64,000 nt of DNA from positions 5,312,001-5,376,000 of the forward strand of contig OY769902.1 in the NCBI GenBank assembly GCA_963669175.1. The letters run 5' to 3'. Source of the stretch: a bacterium. GTDB taxonomy: Bacteria > Electryoneota > Electryoneia > Electryoneales > Electryoneaceae. The translations under genes and the position numbers were made by a program. Below the pieces are notes generated by a model that was not told where the DNA came from, ran no database searches, and was given only the letters and a program-made list of their open reading frames with translations. Of the stretch, positions 20,177-29,402 are shown piece by piece. The stretch's first letter is position 1. Each line of letters begins with the position of its first letter.

Positions 20177-20973
20177 GCTTCTTTCCTGGCCAGTACGACC
20201 ATCCTTCTCGATTTCAACGGATTAAACGAGTTACCATTGTAATCCCCATGCCAGCTTTTTGGTTCCAATCCTGCTGCCTTGAGGAACTCCGTCAGTTCAT
20301 CACGGTCGAAATAACGCACTCGTTCGATTACCTGTCGACTCTCGCCGTTGGGGAAAGTCATGGTCATTGTTTTAACAACGCGCCGTTTATCAGGTTCATG
20401 CACTCTCTCTTCACGAACCTTGAATTTGGATGTTCTGCCTACACTACTCGGCTCCATCGTAGGCAGGATCACTGTCGGGTTGAACAGGTCCATCATCAGG
20501 GCGCCGCCGGGTTTCATCACGCGCTGGAACTCGGTCAATGCACGCTGATGCTCCTCGTCCGTTTCAAAGTAGCCAAAGCTGGTGAAAAAGTTGGCCACGA
20601 AATCGTAGGTATTGCTCGGTAAGGGCAAATTCCGCAGATCGCCTCGCACAAACTCCGGCCCCTCGCCCTCATCCTGCTGCATCTCAAGCAGGGATCGCAC
20701 CTGCCGTCCCATATCCTCTTCCGCCTTTTGCAACAAAGCTGTGGAAAGGTCGAGCCCGGTCACCTTCCAGCCATGTTCAAGCGCCATGATCCAGGCATGC
20801 CGTCCCGCTCCGCAGGCCAGGTCAACCACTTTACGATCCGAGCAGGGCTCCAGCACAGAAGCCAGCCAGGTGACAATTCGACGAGCTTCACGCGGGTCGC
20901 GGTAATGGTACAACTGCAGGTAGGTCTCATCGAACCAGGATTCGAACCATTCTTTTTCACGATCTGCTGTCAT
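20173..20973 (-). CDS. Class I SAM-dependent methyltransferase
   Basis: VDLACGAGRH, GLDLS, FTSFGYF; stop overlaps the bshC start. Confidence 0.9.
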   Translation of the reverse strand: MTADREKEWFESWFDETYLQLYHYRDPREARRIVTWLASVLEPCSDRKVVDLACGAGRHAWIMALEHGWKVTGLDLSTALLQKAEEDMGRQVRSLLEMQQDEGEGPEFVRGDLRNLPLPSNTYDFVANFFTSFGYFETDEEHQRALTEFQRVMKPGGALMMDLFNPTVILPTMEPSSVGRTSKFKVREERVHEPDKRRVVKTMTMTFPNGESRQVIERVRYFDRDELTEFLKAAGLEPKSWHGDYNGNSFNPLKSRRMVVLARKEA

Positions 20974-21044
20974 AACTCGCCTGCCTTTTCTCGTTTCAAC
21001 GGCACAAGTGAATCTGTTGGCATGGAAAAGCGATGTTCATCATG

Positions 21045-21075
21045 AAAAAGCCGCGCTCCGGCGAGGGAACACGGC
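21045..21075 (-). terminator. Terminator downstream of the Crp/Fnr gene
   Basis: Minus strand GCCGTGTTCC..GGAGCGCGGC + TTTTT. Confidence 0.6.
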
Positions 21076-21103
21076 ACGAATATCAAACCGAAATAGTAAT
21101 CGT

Positions 21104-21826
21104 CTACAAAAATTCCTTCTTGAACGCATCGAAGTCATTGAATATGAGTGTATTGTCCGCTTTGACCAGGTACTCGTCATCTTCAAACTTCTTGATCACG
21201 CGACTGATGGTTTCACGCGATGTGCCGGCAATATTGGCCAGGTCACGCTGTAGCGGCAGTTCCGGGATAACAACTTTCCCGCCCCGCATCACGCCGATAT
21301 CTTCTGCCAGACGAATCAGGGTGGCAGCGACACGTCCACGCGCATCCTTCAGGCTAAGGCTCTTGATCTGGAGGTCGCTACGGCGAATCCTGCGTGCCAG
21401 TTCCTTCAGTAGCACGATGGACACTTGCGGGTATTTCTGCAGCAGATCGAGAAAATCACCACGGTGCAGCACCCAGAGAACCACATCGTCAATACTGGTC
21501 ACTGTTGCACTGCGTGGCAGTCCATCAAGCAGGGACAGCTCGCCAAAGAATTCACCCTCACCCAGGATGGAAAAGATCGCTTCGCCACCTTCATTGGAGA
21601 TGCCACTGATTTTCACCCGTCCCGATTTAATGAAGAACAGGTTTGAACCAAGATCATCTTCAAAAATGATAAGATTGTTCTTCTTATACCGTTTGCAGAC
21701 CATCAGGTCAGCAATGCGCTGCAGGTCCGCTTCGTCCAGTTCGGAAAAGAGCGGAATGTTCTTTAGCAGATGTGCGTCCTGGGATGGACTTGTTTTCTCG
21801 AACATTTTTTTCCTCCAGTGATCCAT
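21104..21826 (-). CDS. Crp/Fnr family transcriptional regulator
   Basis: cNMP domain (FFGELSLLDGLPRSATV) and HTH (DLANIAGTSRETISR); start may be 21805. Confidence 0.93.
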   Translation of the reverse strand: MDHWRKKMFEKTSPSQDAHLLKNIPLFSELDEADLQRIADLMVCKRYKKNNLIIFEDDLGSNLFFIKSGRVKISGISNEGGEAIFSILGEGEFFGELSLLDGLPRSATVTSIDDVVLWVLHRGDFLDLLQKYPQVSIVLLKELARRIRRSDLQIKSLSLKDARGRVAATLIRLAEDIGVMRGGKVVIPELPLQRDLANIAGTSRETISRVIKKFEDDEYLVKADNTLIFNDFDAFKKEFL

Positions 21827-21884
21827 CTATCCGGTTATCCGAAGCTTGATCCGGACAGCCGTCATGTTTGGCAATCGTATTGCT

Positions 21885-22139
21885 TTACCGTTCGCAGTAA
21901 GTCTCGATTGCCTCCCGTAAGGATGGTAGAATATATACAGTATCCAACTGTGTTTCGGCAAGTGCTGACGCAAGAACTTTTAATTTCATATCAAGAGGCT
22001 GATTCCGGTTGATGATCAGGCATTGTTCGTCCCGGATTCTGCACACGCCACCTCGAAAATCACCTGTTGTATGCTCTACTCGATCGAACACACGCTCCGC
22101 TACTTCCAGAAGTTGATCAAACACCTCACGGCGCGTCAC
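21885..22139 (-). CDS. Small hypothetical protein
   Basis: 84-aa ORF closely following manC; GDFRGGVCRI..YILPSLRE. Confidence 0.7.
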   Translation of the reverse strand: MTRREVFDQLLEVAERVFDRVEHTTGDFRGGVCRIRDEQCLIINRNQPLDMKLKVLASALAETQLDTVYILPSLREAIETYCER

Positions 22140-22147
22140 TGCTCACC

Positions 22148-23215
22148 TTATCGTTTCTTTTTGTTCTTCAGTTTGAACACTTCTTCCGCGACCTGGCGAA
22201 CTTCCTGCACTCGATCACGGGGGCAAATCAGCGTTCCTTCAGCAGTGTCCACGGCGATCACATTCGACAAACCGACTACTGCCAGGGGACGATCATCCTC
22301 AGAATACAGAAACGAGTTTTCTGTGTCAATGCCGATAACCGGACCATATTTCACGTTGCCGCTGGAATCGTGTTCATTCATCCGGTAGGCTTCTTCCCAG
22401 TTGCCCACATCGCTCCAGCCGAAATCCCCATGGGCGACATAGACGTTTCGAGCGTTTTCCATGACACCGTAGTCAATCGAGATTGGCTTGATGCTCTGGT
22501 AAGCGCGTTTGATCCGGATGATGTCCCCCCCCTGCTCCAGGGCCGTTTGAACATCTTCCAGGGCAGCATACAGTTCCGGGATGTATTCTTCAATTTCTGA
22601 CAGAATCCGACGTGCGGACCAGATAAATATGCCGCTGTTCCATAGGAATTCTTGCGTGGCAATGAACCGACGCGCCGTTTCCAGGTTCGGTTTTTCCGCG
22701 AAGGTCACAACACGATGCAACCCCGGCTGCACCTCGTCACGTTCATATTGAATATAACCATATCCTGTTTCCGGACGATTTGGCTTGATGCCGAGTGTGA
22801 CAATAGCGTCTGTCTCCTGCACCATGGAGATGCCACGCTGAACCGACTTGATAAATTCCTGTTCTTCTGTAATTAAATGGTCCGCCGGGAGCACCACCAT
22901 GATCGCGTCAGGATCTTCCTGCATCAATTCTACGGCAGCCAGGCCGATACAAGGCGCTGTATTACGAGCGAAAGGCTCTACGATAAAGTGTTTTCCGCTA
23001 AGGCGGGGTACTGCTTCGGTCATCAATTTGACCTGCTCGGGAATGGTAACAATCCGTATCTTTTCCCATGCGACCAGCGGACTGATGCGGTTGATCGTCA
23101 GTTCGATCATGGGCTTATCACGGAAAAGCCTTAACAGTTGCTTGGGCCGTTCCGGGGTCGACATCGGCCAGAACCGGGTTCCGATGCCCCCTGCCATTAT
23201 TACCGCATAGACCAT
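22148..23215 (-). CDS. manC: Mannose-1-phosphate guanylyltransferase
   Basis: IMAGGIGTRFWPMS..PKQ, EPFARNTAP, LPADH, PETGYGYI, FAEKP, WNSGIF, SIDYGVME, WSDVG. Confidence 0.93.
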   Translation of the reverse strand: MVYAVIMAGGIGTRFWPMSTPERPKQLLRLFRDKPMIELTINRISPLVAWEKIRIVTIPEQVKLMTEAVPRLSGKHFIVEPFARNTAPCIGLAAVELMQEDPDAIMVVLPADHLITEEQEFIKSVQRGISMVQETDAIVTLGIKPNRPETGYGYIQYERDEVQPGLHRVVTFAEKPNLETARRFIATQEFLWNSGIFIWSARRILSEIEEYIPELYAALEDVQTALEQGGDIIRIKRAYQSIKPISIDYGVMENARNVYVAHGDFGWSDVGNWEEAYRMNEHDSSGNVKYGPVIGIDTENSFLYSEDDRPLAVVGLSNVIAVDTAEGTLICPRDRVQEVRQVAEEVFKLKNKKKR

Positions 23216-23263
23216 GACGCTCCCTTCAGTTGTATCGTTCGCGTCTGCTTCGTTCTCTGTTAG

Positions 23264-25039
23264 CTACTTTGGGAAAGTAAGCACGTTCTCCGCGCTTTCC
23301 CAACGTGCACGGACAAAAACTGTGTCAGAAGATTCAAAAAACAGGTCCGCAGGTTGATAGGGTTTTGTCCAACCATGCGACAGTTTACCATCCCCGTCAA
23401 GATCAATCCATCCCGACAACCGCCACATTCCGGCCGGTACGCCCTCGATCTTAAAATCCCCTGCCTGCTCAAGAATCCTGTAAAATGGTGTATCCTGGCT
23501 GGATTCAATCACATTTCTCATGGTCAGATGTATGTCCCCCTGCCAACTGCCATCCTCAAACCCGGCGCCGTCAACACTACCCGATACAATCCCCAGCGAA
23601 TCCGCGTGGATGAAATTGAATCGTATGGACACCAGGCTGTCCTCGAGCGCATTACCGGCAACATCCGTAACCGTACTCCCGGGAAATTCAACAGTAAAAC
23701 GTGGCGCCAGAAGGGAATCAGCAGGCAAGCGGAAGTCCCAGCTACACAAGTCATCCGACAGCATGCTTCTACTGAGGGTGTCGTTACGGGTAAACAGTGT
23801 CACAAGTTGATTCGGCGGCGGGGCCATCGGTTCGTTGAAGATGAAACGTATCGATTTCTGCCCCGGTCGAAGCCGGATATCGCTTGAGGGCCGGGTGGTG
23901 GCAAACATGGGTGCAAATGTATCCGCTTCCACTACCGTCGCAATCGCCATGGCCAGGGTAGTATCAATGTGTATCGTATCTTCGAATGTGGCCTGCACCT
24001 TCATGAACAGGGAGTCATCTTCGATCGGTTCACTCATGTGCAGCCAGATTCGTGTCGAATCAACCGGATCGAAATGAATCTGGCTGATTTCCAGACCGCG
24101 TTCCGGTGTAAAAGTGACAGAGTCAAGGCTGGTCAACTTTGGTGAAAAACGCACCTGGACAATATTTCGTGTTCGTGTATACAGTTTATCCGGATACGGA
24201 TGACGCACCGGCGCATACCCCGTCAGCGCCAGGTAGGGGCTGCTGGTATAACCGGACGGCCTTGTCTTCTTTTCTTCCCCGGTTGAATCCGGCGCTGTTG
24301 ATTTCTCCGCGAAAACAAAAACATCACTGGGAGGAATCGCCAGGGATTCACGCTTTGGTGTCCAGAGACGATCTCTATCTCCGTCCTGGAAAGCAAAGAC
24401 ACGCCACCAACCGCTCTTCAGATTCCTGAGTTCCCAGACTCCTTCTTTACCTGCCTGGGTGGAAGCGTCCGGCAAATCATAGGCAGGATCCGGGGCGAGG
24501 GAATCGGCAGGATCGAACGGGTAGGGATTCTCGCTTTTTGCCAGACCCATACCCAGGTAATATGCATTCACAAACCAGCCAACCGGATCGCTCCCCGAAG
24601 GGACGAAAAGCTTGCCCTTTATCAACCCCTGGTCCAGTTGATTCCCGGTTGCAAACGCAAGATGGAAGGATTCTTCGCCTTTATTGCGTCGCAGATCCTG
24701 CAGCTCGGTTCCCAGGGTAATGACATAGGTTCGGTCATCCAGTAATGGCGGATCGAATTCAAGGGTCACCTGTTTATAGCCGGTCCAATCCGCACGCACT
24801 TCACCGGGGGGTGGCGGAGAACAGGTGAAAGCGTTTGCCAGAGTGGCTCGTTCGATACGCTCATCAAACCAGAAGGTAATTTCTTTGTCAACAGATACAT
24901 TGATGCTGCCTTCCTCGGGGTCTGTTCGCAGCACCTGGGGCGGTTTTTTATCTTCCGGTCCACCTGGCGGCGGGCCCATTTTCGCACAACCGCCGACCAT
25001 GAACAGTAAAAACAGTAGTATTTGAATTCGACGTATCAT
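23264..25039 (-). CDS. Ig-like (Big_5) domain lipoprotein
   Basis: Lipobox-like VGGC followed by PPGGPEDKKPP, Ig-like strands, DLDGDG motif. Confidence 0.75.
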   Translation of the reverse strand: MIRRIQILLFLLFMVGGCAKMGPPPGGPEDKKPPQVLRTDPEEGSINVSVDKEITFWFDERIERATLANAFTCSPPPPGEVRADWTGYKQVTLEFDPPLLDDRTYVITLGTELQDLRRNKGEESFHLAFATGNQLDQGLIKGKLFVPSGSDPVGWFVNAYYLGMGLAKSENPYPFDPADSLAPDPAYDLPDASTQAGKEGVWELRNLKSGWWRVFAFQDGDRDRLWTPKRESLAIPPSDVFVFAEKSTAPDSTGEEKKTRPSGYTSSPYLALTGYAPVRHPYPDKLYTRTRNIVQVRFSPKLTSLDSVTFTPERGLEISQIHFDPVDSTRIWLHMSEPIEDDSLFMKVQATFEDTIHIDTTLAMAIATVVEADTFAPMFATTRPSSDIRLRPGQKSIRFIFNEPMAPPPNQLVTLFTRNDTLSRSMLSDDLCSWDFRLPADSLLAPRFTVEFPGSTVTDVAGNALEDSLVSIRFNFIHADSLGIVSGSVDGAGFEDGSWQGDIHLTMRNVIESSQDTPFYRILEQAGDFKIEGVPAGMWRLSGWIDLDGDGKLSHGWTKPYQPADLFFESSDTVFVRARWESAENVLTFPK

Positions 25040-25212
25040 GCGAAGAATGTAGCCAAATCGGATGAGTTACGCCAGAAGCAGGAGGAAATCACAGCCTGCT
25101 CTTTCACACCTTTTCCTTCCCGTACCCGCCCCCTGACAGAGAAGACTTGTTCAGTTTATCAATTGGAAACTTAACTGATATTTCATTACCTTCAATCGTT
25201 ACTATCTAATGC

Positions 25213-28002
25213 TTGTATTGTCTTCGGTTGGGGAGAAACGCTGTGATAAGAAGCGTTGGGAAGACTATTTTTGGCCTGTTGTTTATCCTTTTGCCCGCAT
25301 TGAGTCTTGGTGCGCTGGATGCTCGCTACGGTTCTCCGTTGATAACATCCTTCACCCCGGAAGACTATCTCAATGAAGGACAGTGTTTCGATGTAGCCAT
25401 TACTCCCGACAACCTGGTATACGTGGCCAATGCTGGTGGTGTTCTGGAATACGATGGTCAGAAATGGACCACTATACAGGGCACTGAACACTTGGTGGTC
25501 TTCTCCCTGGCGTCGGATTCGCAGAGCAGAATCTGGGTAGGCAGCAGAACTGATACAGGCGTATTGGCGCGTAATGAGAAAGGTATTCTGGAATACCACT
25601 CACTCGTGAATGTTTTCCCCGATTCGGCTGTAACTCTCAAGAATGTCTGGCGTATTCATGACACTCCGGATGGTATCTACTTCCAATCTCCAAAACTGCT
25701 TGTACGTTGGCGGCCCGACAGGAATACTCCCCTTGAAGGAGAATTCGATGTCTGGGAAGCGGACGGACATAATTTTATGATGGCATGCTGGGCTGGTGGT
25801 CAGCTCTTGATCAAACGCCATTACCAGCCGCTTGAATACTTGAAAGATGATGAGATTGTACCTTATCCCGGACTCGACAGTAAAAGTCCCGGAACAGTGA
25901 TACACGCTATGGATTTTGATGAATCGACTGTGATGTTAACAAATTACCACGGTAACCTCCTTCTGCTGAAGGACAATCAATTGATACCGTTTGAGGGCCC
26001 GGTAACGGAACTGGAGGACAACGAGCTTTGTTTTGGTATTCATGCCCTGTCGGAAAATAGATATGTAATGGCATCATCAACACTTGGACTGATTGTCTTT
26101 GATAATAAGGGGAATATTCTGGAAATTATTAATGAAAGTTCCGGATTACCCTCCAAAACGATTAACCGTTATGTGAAGCAGGATAAGACGGGGGGGGTCT
26201 GGGTTCCTCTCGATTATGGGCTTGCTCGAGTAGAACTGAGTGCGCCGTACCGAATCTTCTCTTCTGCAAATGATCTGAATGTAACTTCCGTTTCAATTGC
26301 CTGGCATGAAGGAGATCTTTACGCAGGTTCACCCGGTGGTTTTCAACGGCTTGGAAAACCAACCCAACCCGGAAAACCTCCCCAGTTTAAAACCGTTCCC
26401 GGATTTGTAGGTTCTGCGTGGAAAATAGCGAATTTTGCCAACACACTGGCAATTGGCACGGTGCAAGGTTTATATGCCATTGATAAACACGGTGTCTGTC
26501 AAGTGATTCCTGCTAAAAGTGGCAATATCCACTTTATGATCACATCACCTGACTCAAAAAATCTATACGCCGGGGTTGAGCTATTCGGTATACGTCGATA
26601 TGAAATGGTCAATAATTGGATCGTTGACCGTGGAACACTAGATCTGAATTACGACGATTACGGCAGCCTTCGATATTTCGACCATCACATGTGGGCTACC
26701 CATTATGTCCAGAATGGGCGAATCCTCCTTCGTTCAGATTACGATGTCAACAATCCGGATCAAATGGAGTTCTTACATATCGGCCCGGAGCACGGAATTC
26801 CTGATGGCGTCACAGGTACCCCCTTTGTCTGGGAGAACCGTCTCTTTGTTAATACGCCTACTGGAGTTGTCGGGATAGACGCAGGGGCTGACCTCTTTGT
26901 ACCGGCAGAACAACTACTTGGCGCACCGATATCGGGTGAATTTAATTGTTCTTTCGAAGACGAATACGGCAGATTATACGCCGCCCAGGGCCCCTTTTCG
27001 CTGAATAGATATGAGCGAACGGCAGAGGGTGCGATCTTGGTTCATCCCCTGTTGGGGGAAGTCCGGATGAGGCGTGTTCTATGCATGGCTGCCGATCCCC
27101 AAACGGGTTTGATTGCCTTTGGAGGCGAAGATGATCGAGTTGTTGTATATGATCCGGCCTCGGACACACTAGCACAGCACACTCCTGCGACACTATTACA
27201 CAGGGTCAGCATGCCCGGTGATTCCACCATTGCAGCAATGATCTCTTCAACAGGACATACCCCGGTCAGGCTTTCCTGGCCTGTTTCTTCATTACGATTC
27301 GAATACTCCCTGCCTGCCTATGCTGCGCCAAGATTCAATGAGTATCAGTTCAGGCTTCTTGGTTTGAATAGTGAATGGACTTCCTGGACACGAGAATCCT
27401 ATCACGATTTCAACGACTTGTCACCGGGACATTATGAATTCCAGGTGCAGGGAAGAGATGCAAAACAACAGATCGGTGAGACCGCCTCATTTTCATTTAT
27501 AGTGCTTCCCCCCTGGTACCGCACCTGGTGGGCATATGGACTCTGGATTATACTCGCTGCGCTGACGATATACGGAATCATTCAGTACCGCTTGCGCAGA
27601 GTTGAGAAACAGAAACAACGGCTTGAAGACCTTGTCGCGCAACGCACCCTTGAACTGGAGGAAGCACAAGAAGAAGAACTCCGCCAGATGGAAGCTCTGA
27701 AAGCGGCAGAAATAGAATCACAGCGTTTAAAAGTTGCCACCCAACTTGCTGCAGCCATTTCTCACGAGTTCAACAACCCATTGGCTATTATCCTGGGCAA
27801 GGTGGATGTCGCGTTATCACGCTATTCCCTGGAAGAAAGCCAGGAAAAATATCACCGGGTCATTCGTGATCAGGTGACACGTATGCGTGACCTGGTAATC
27901 AAACTCCGCAACCTTGATCAGGTTCGTGAAGTGGATTATGCCGCCGGTGTGAAAATGCTGGATCTGCATGGAAGTGAAGAGAAAGAAAAGAAAACTGATT
28001 GA
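25213..28002 (+). CDS. Membrane sensor: periplasmic beta-propeller + Y_Y_Y domain, TM helix, HisKA only (no HATPase)
   Basis: YQFRLLG..WTSW..LSPGHYEFQVQGRD, LPPWYRTWWA, ISHEFNNPL; ends about 70 aa after the H-box. Confidence 0.8.
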   Translation: MYCLRLGRNAVIRSVGKTIFGLLFILLPALSLGALDARYGSPLITSFTPEDYLNEGQCFDVAITPDNLVYVANAGGVLEYDGQKWTTIQGTEHLVVFSLASDSQSRIWVGSRTDTGVLARNEKGILEYHSLVNVFPDSAVTLKNVWRIHDTPDGIYFQSPKLLVRWRPDRNTPLEGEFDVWEADGHNFMMACWAGGQLLIKRHYQPLEYLKDDEIVPYPGLDSKSPGTVIHAMDFDESTVMLTNYHGNLLLLKDNQLIPFEGPVTELEDNELCFGIHALSENRYVMASSTLGLIVFDNKGNILEIINESSGLPSKTINRYVKQDKTGGVWVPLDYGLARVELSAPYRIFSSANDLNVTSVSIAWHEGDLYAGSPGGFQRLGKPTQPGKPPQFKTVPGFVGSAWKIANFANTLAIGTVQGLYAIDKHGVCQVIPAKSGNIHFMITSPDSKNLYAGVELFGIRRYEMVNNWIVDRGTLDLNYDDYGSLRYFDHHMWATHYVQNGRILLRSDYDVNNPDQMEFLHIGPEHGIPDGVTGTPFVWENRLFVNTPTGVVGIDAGADLFVPAEQLLGAPISGEFNCSFEDEYGRLYAAQGPFSLNRYERTAEGAILVHPLLGEVRMRRVLCMAADPQTGLIAFGGEDDRVVVYDPASDTLAQHTPATLLHRVSMPGDSTIAAMISSTGHTPVRLSWPVSSLRFEYSLPAYAAPRFNEYQFRLLGLNSEWTSWTRESYHDFNDLSPGHYEFQVQGRDAKQQIGETASFSFIVLPPWYRTWWAYGLWIILAALTIYGIIQYRLRRVEKQKQRLEDLVAQRTLELEEAQEEELRQMEALKAAEIESQRLKVATQLAAAISHEFNNPLAIILGKVDVALSRYSLEESQEKYHRVIRDQVTRMRDLVIKLRNLDQVREVDYAAGVKMLDLHGSEEKEKKTD

Positions 28003-28023
28003 CCTTTCAGTACATGGTAATTG

Positions 28024-28067
28024 TATACATGACAAACGCCGGTATTTACCGGCGTTTGTCATGTATA
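28024..28067. terminator. Long perfect palindrome between convergent genes (bidirectional terminator or REP-like)
   Basis: TATACATGACAAACGCCGGTA-TT-TACCGGCGTTTGTCATGTATA. Confidence 0.6.
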
Positions 28068-28088
28068 TCCAGAATACTTTAATGCTGG

Positions 28089-29402
28089 TTAAATCAACTT
28101 CCTTTCCTTCGCATACCGTTCCAGCTCTTCACGGAACTTGGGATGCGCAATGGAAATCAGCATCTTGGCGCGTTCACGGAAGGTCTTGCCATGCAGGTTG
28201 ACCGCCCCGTATTCCGTGACGACCCAGTGAACATCCGCACGTCCGGTTACCACTCCAGCGCCCGGCTTTAACTGGGGAACGATACGGCTGATCGCATCTT
28301 CCTTGGCTGTAGCCGGAAGCGCGATGATTGGCTTGCCACCCTTACTTCGTGCAGCGCCACGGATGAAGTCCACCTGCCCACCGAAACCGCTGTACAGGCG
28401 TGGGCCAATACTATCGGCGCAAACCTGCCCGGTGATGTCAATCTCCAGGGCGGAGTTAATCGCAACCATCTTTTCATTTTGAGAAATCACATACACGTCG
28501 TTGACATATTCCTGCGGACGGAACTCGAAGATCGGGTTGTTGTCAACGAAATTGAATGTCGATTGTGATCCCAGAACGAACCCGGCTACGATTTTGCCAC
28601 GGTGTAGTGTCTTTTTCTCGTTGTTGACCACACCCTCATCGACCAGGTCAACAATACCGTCACTGAACATCTCGGTATGAATCCCGAGATCCTTTTTGTC
28701 ACGGAGGAAATGCAGCACGGCGTCCGGAATGGCGCCAATTCCCATCTGCATGGTGGAACCATCTTCAATCAATTCCACGATATTCGCGCCGATCCTTGCC
28801 GGGACAACATTGGTTGGGTCATCCAGGTCAAAATCAAACTGCGGCATTTCCAGCAGGTCTTTTTCAAGCTCGACCACATAGTCCAGTTTGTTGACATGGA
28901 TAAACGCATCGCCCAGGGTACGCGGCATCTTCGGGTTGACCATGGCAATGACTGTCTTGGCATGTTCTGTCGGGAGCTTGGTAACGCCGACATCCAGGCC
29001 ATACGAACAGAAGCCGTGTTCATCCGGTGGTGAAACATGAATCAGGGATACATCGATAGGCAGCAAGCCATCACGAACCAGCGAAGGCACTTCACCGAGG
29101 AAAATCGGCATGGCATCCGCACGGCCGTCCTGGACAGCCTTTCGAGCGTTATGCCCGATAAACAGCGCCAGGTGGCGGAAATGCTTCTCGTACTGGGGTT
29201 CCATGTATTCCAGATGTCCCATGGCGAGAATGTGTATCAATGTTACATCGTACAGATTGTCCTTGCGACGTACCATGGCGTCCAGCAGTGGCGTTGGCAC
29301 TGCACATCCCGGCATCACCCAGACATTATCGCCACTATGGATCGCTTCTACAGCTTCATCGGCTGTACAGCGTTTGGCATGGTAACGCTCCAACCACTTC
29401 AT
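28089..29402 (-). CDS. Acetyl-CoA hydrolase/transferase family (4-hydroxybutyrate CoA-transferase-like)
   Basis: VSPPDEHGFCS, QMGIGAIPDAV, LGIHTEM, GGQVDFIRGA, VTEYG. Confidence 0.9.
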   Translation of the reverse strand: MKWLERYHAKRCTADEAVEAIHSGDNVWVMPGCAVPTPLLDAMVRRKDNLYDVTLIHILAMGHLEYMEPQYEKHFRHLALFIGHNARKAVQDGRADAMPIFLGEVPSLVRDGLLPIDVSLIHVSPPDEHGFCSYGLDVGVTKLPTEHAKTVIAMVNPKMPRTLGDAFIHVNKLDYVVELEKDLLEMPQFDFDLDDPTNVVPARIGANIVELIEDGSTMQMGIGAIPDAVLHFLRDKKDLGIHTEMFSDGIVDLVDEGVVNNEKKTLHRGKIVAGFVLGSQSTFNFVDNNPIFEFRPQEYVNDVYVISQNEKMVAINSALEIDITGQVCADSIGPRLYSGFGGQVDFIRGAARSKGGKPIIALPATAKEDAISRIVPQLKPGAGVVTGRADVHWVVTEYGAVNLHGKTFRERAKMLISIAHPKFREELERYAKERKLI

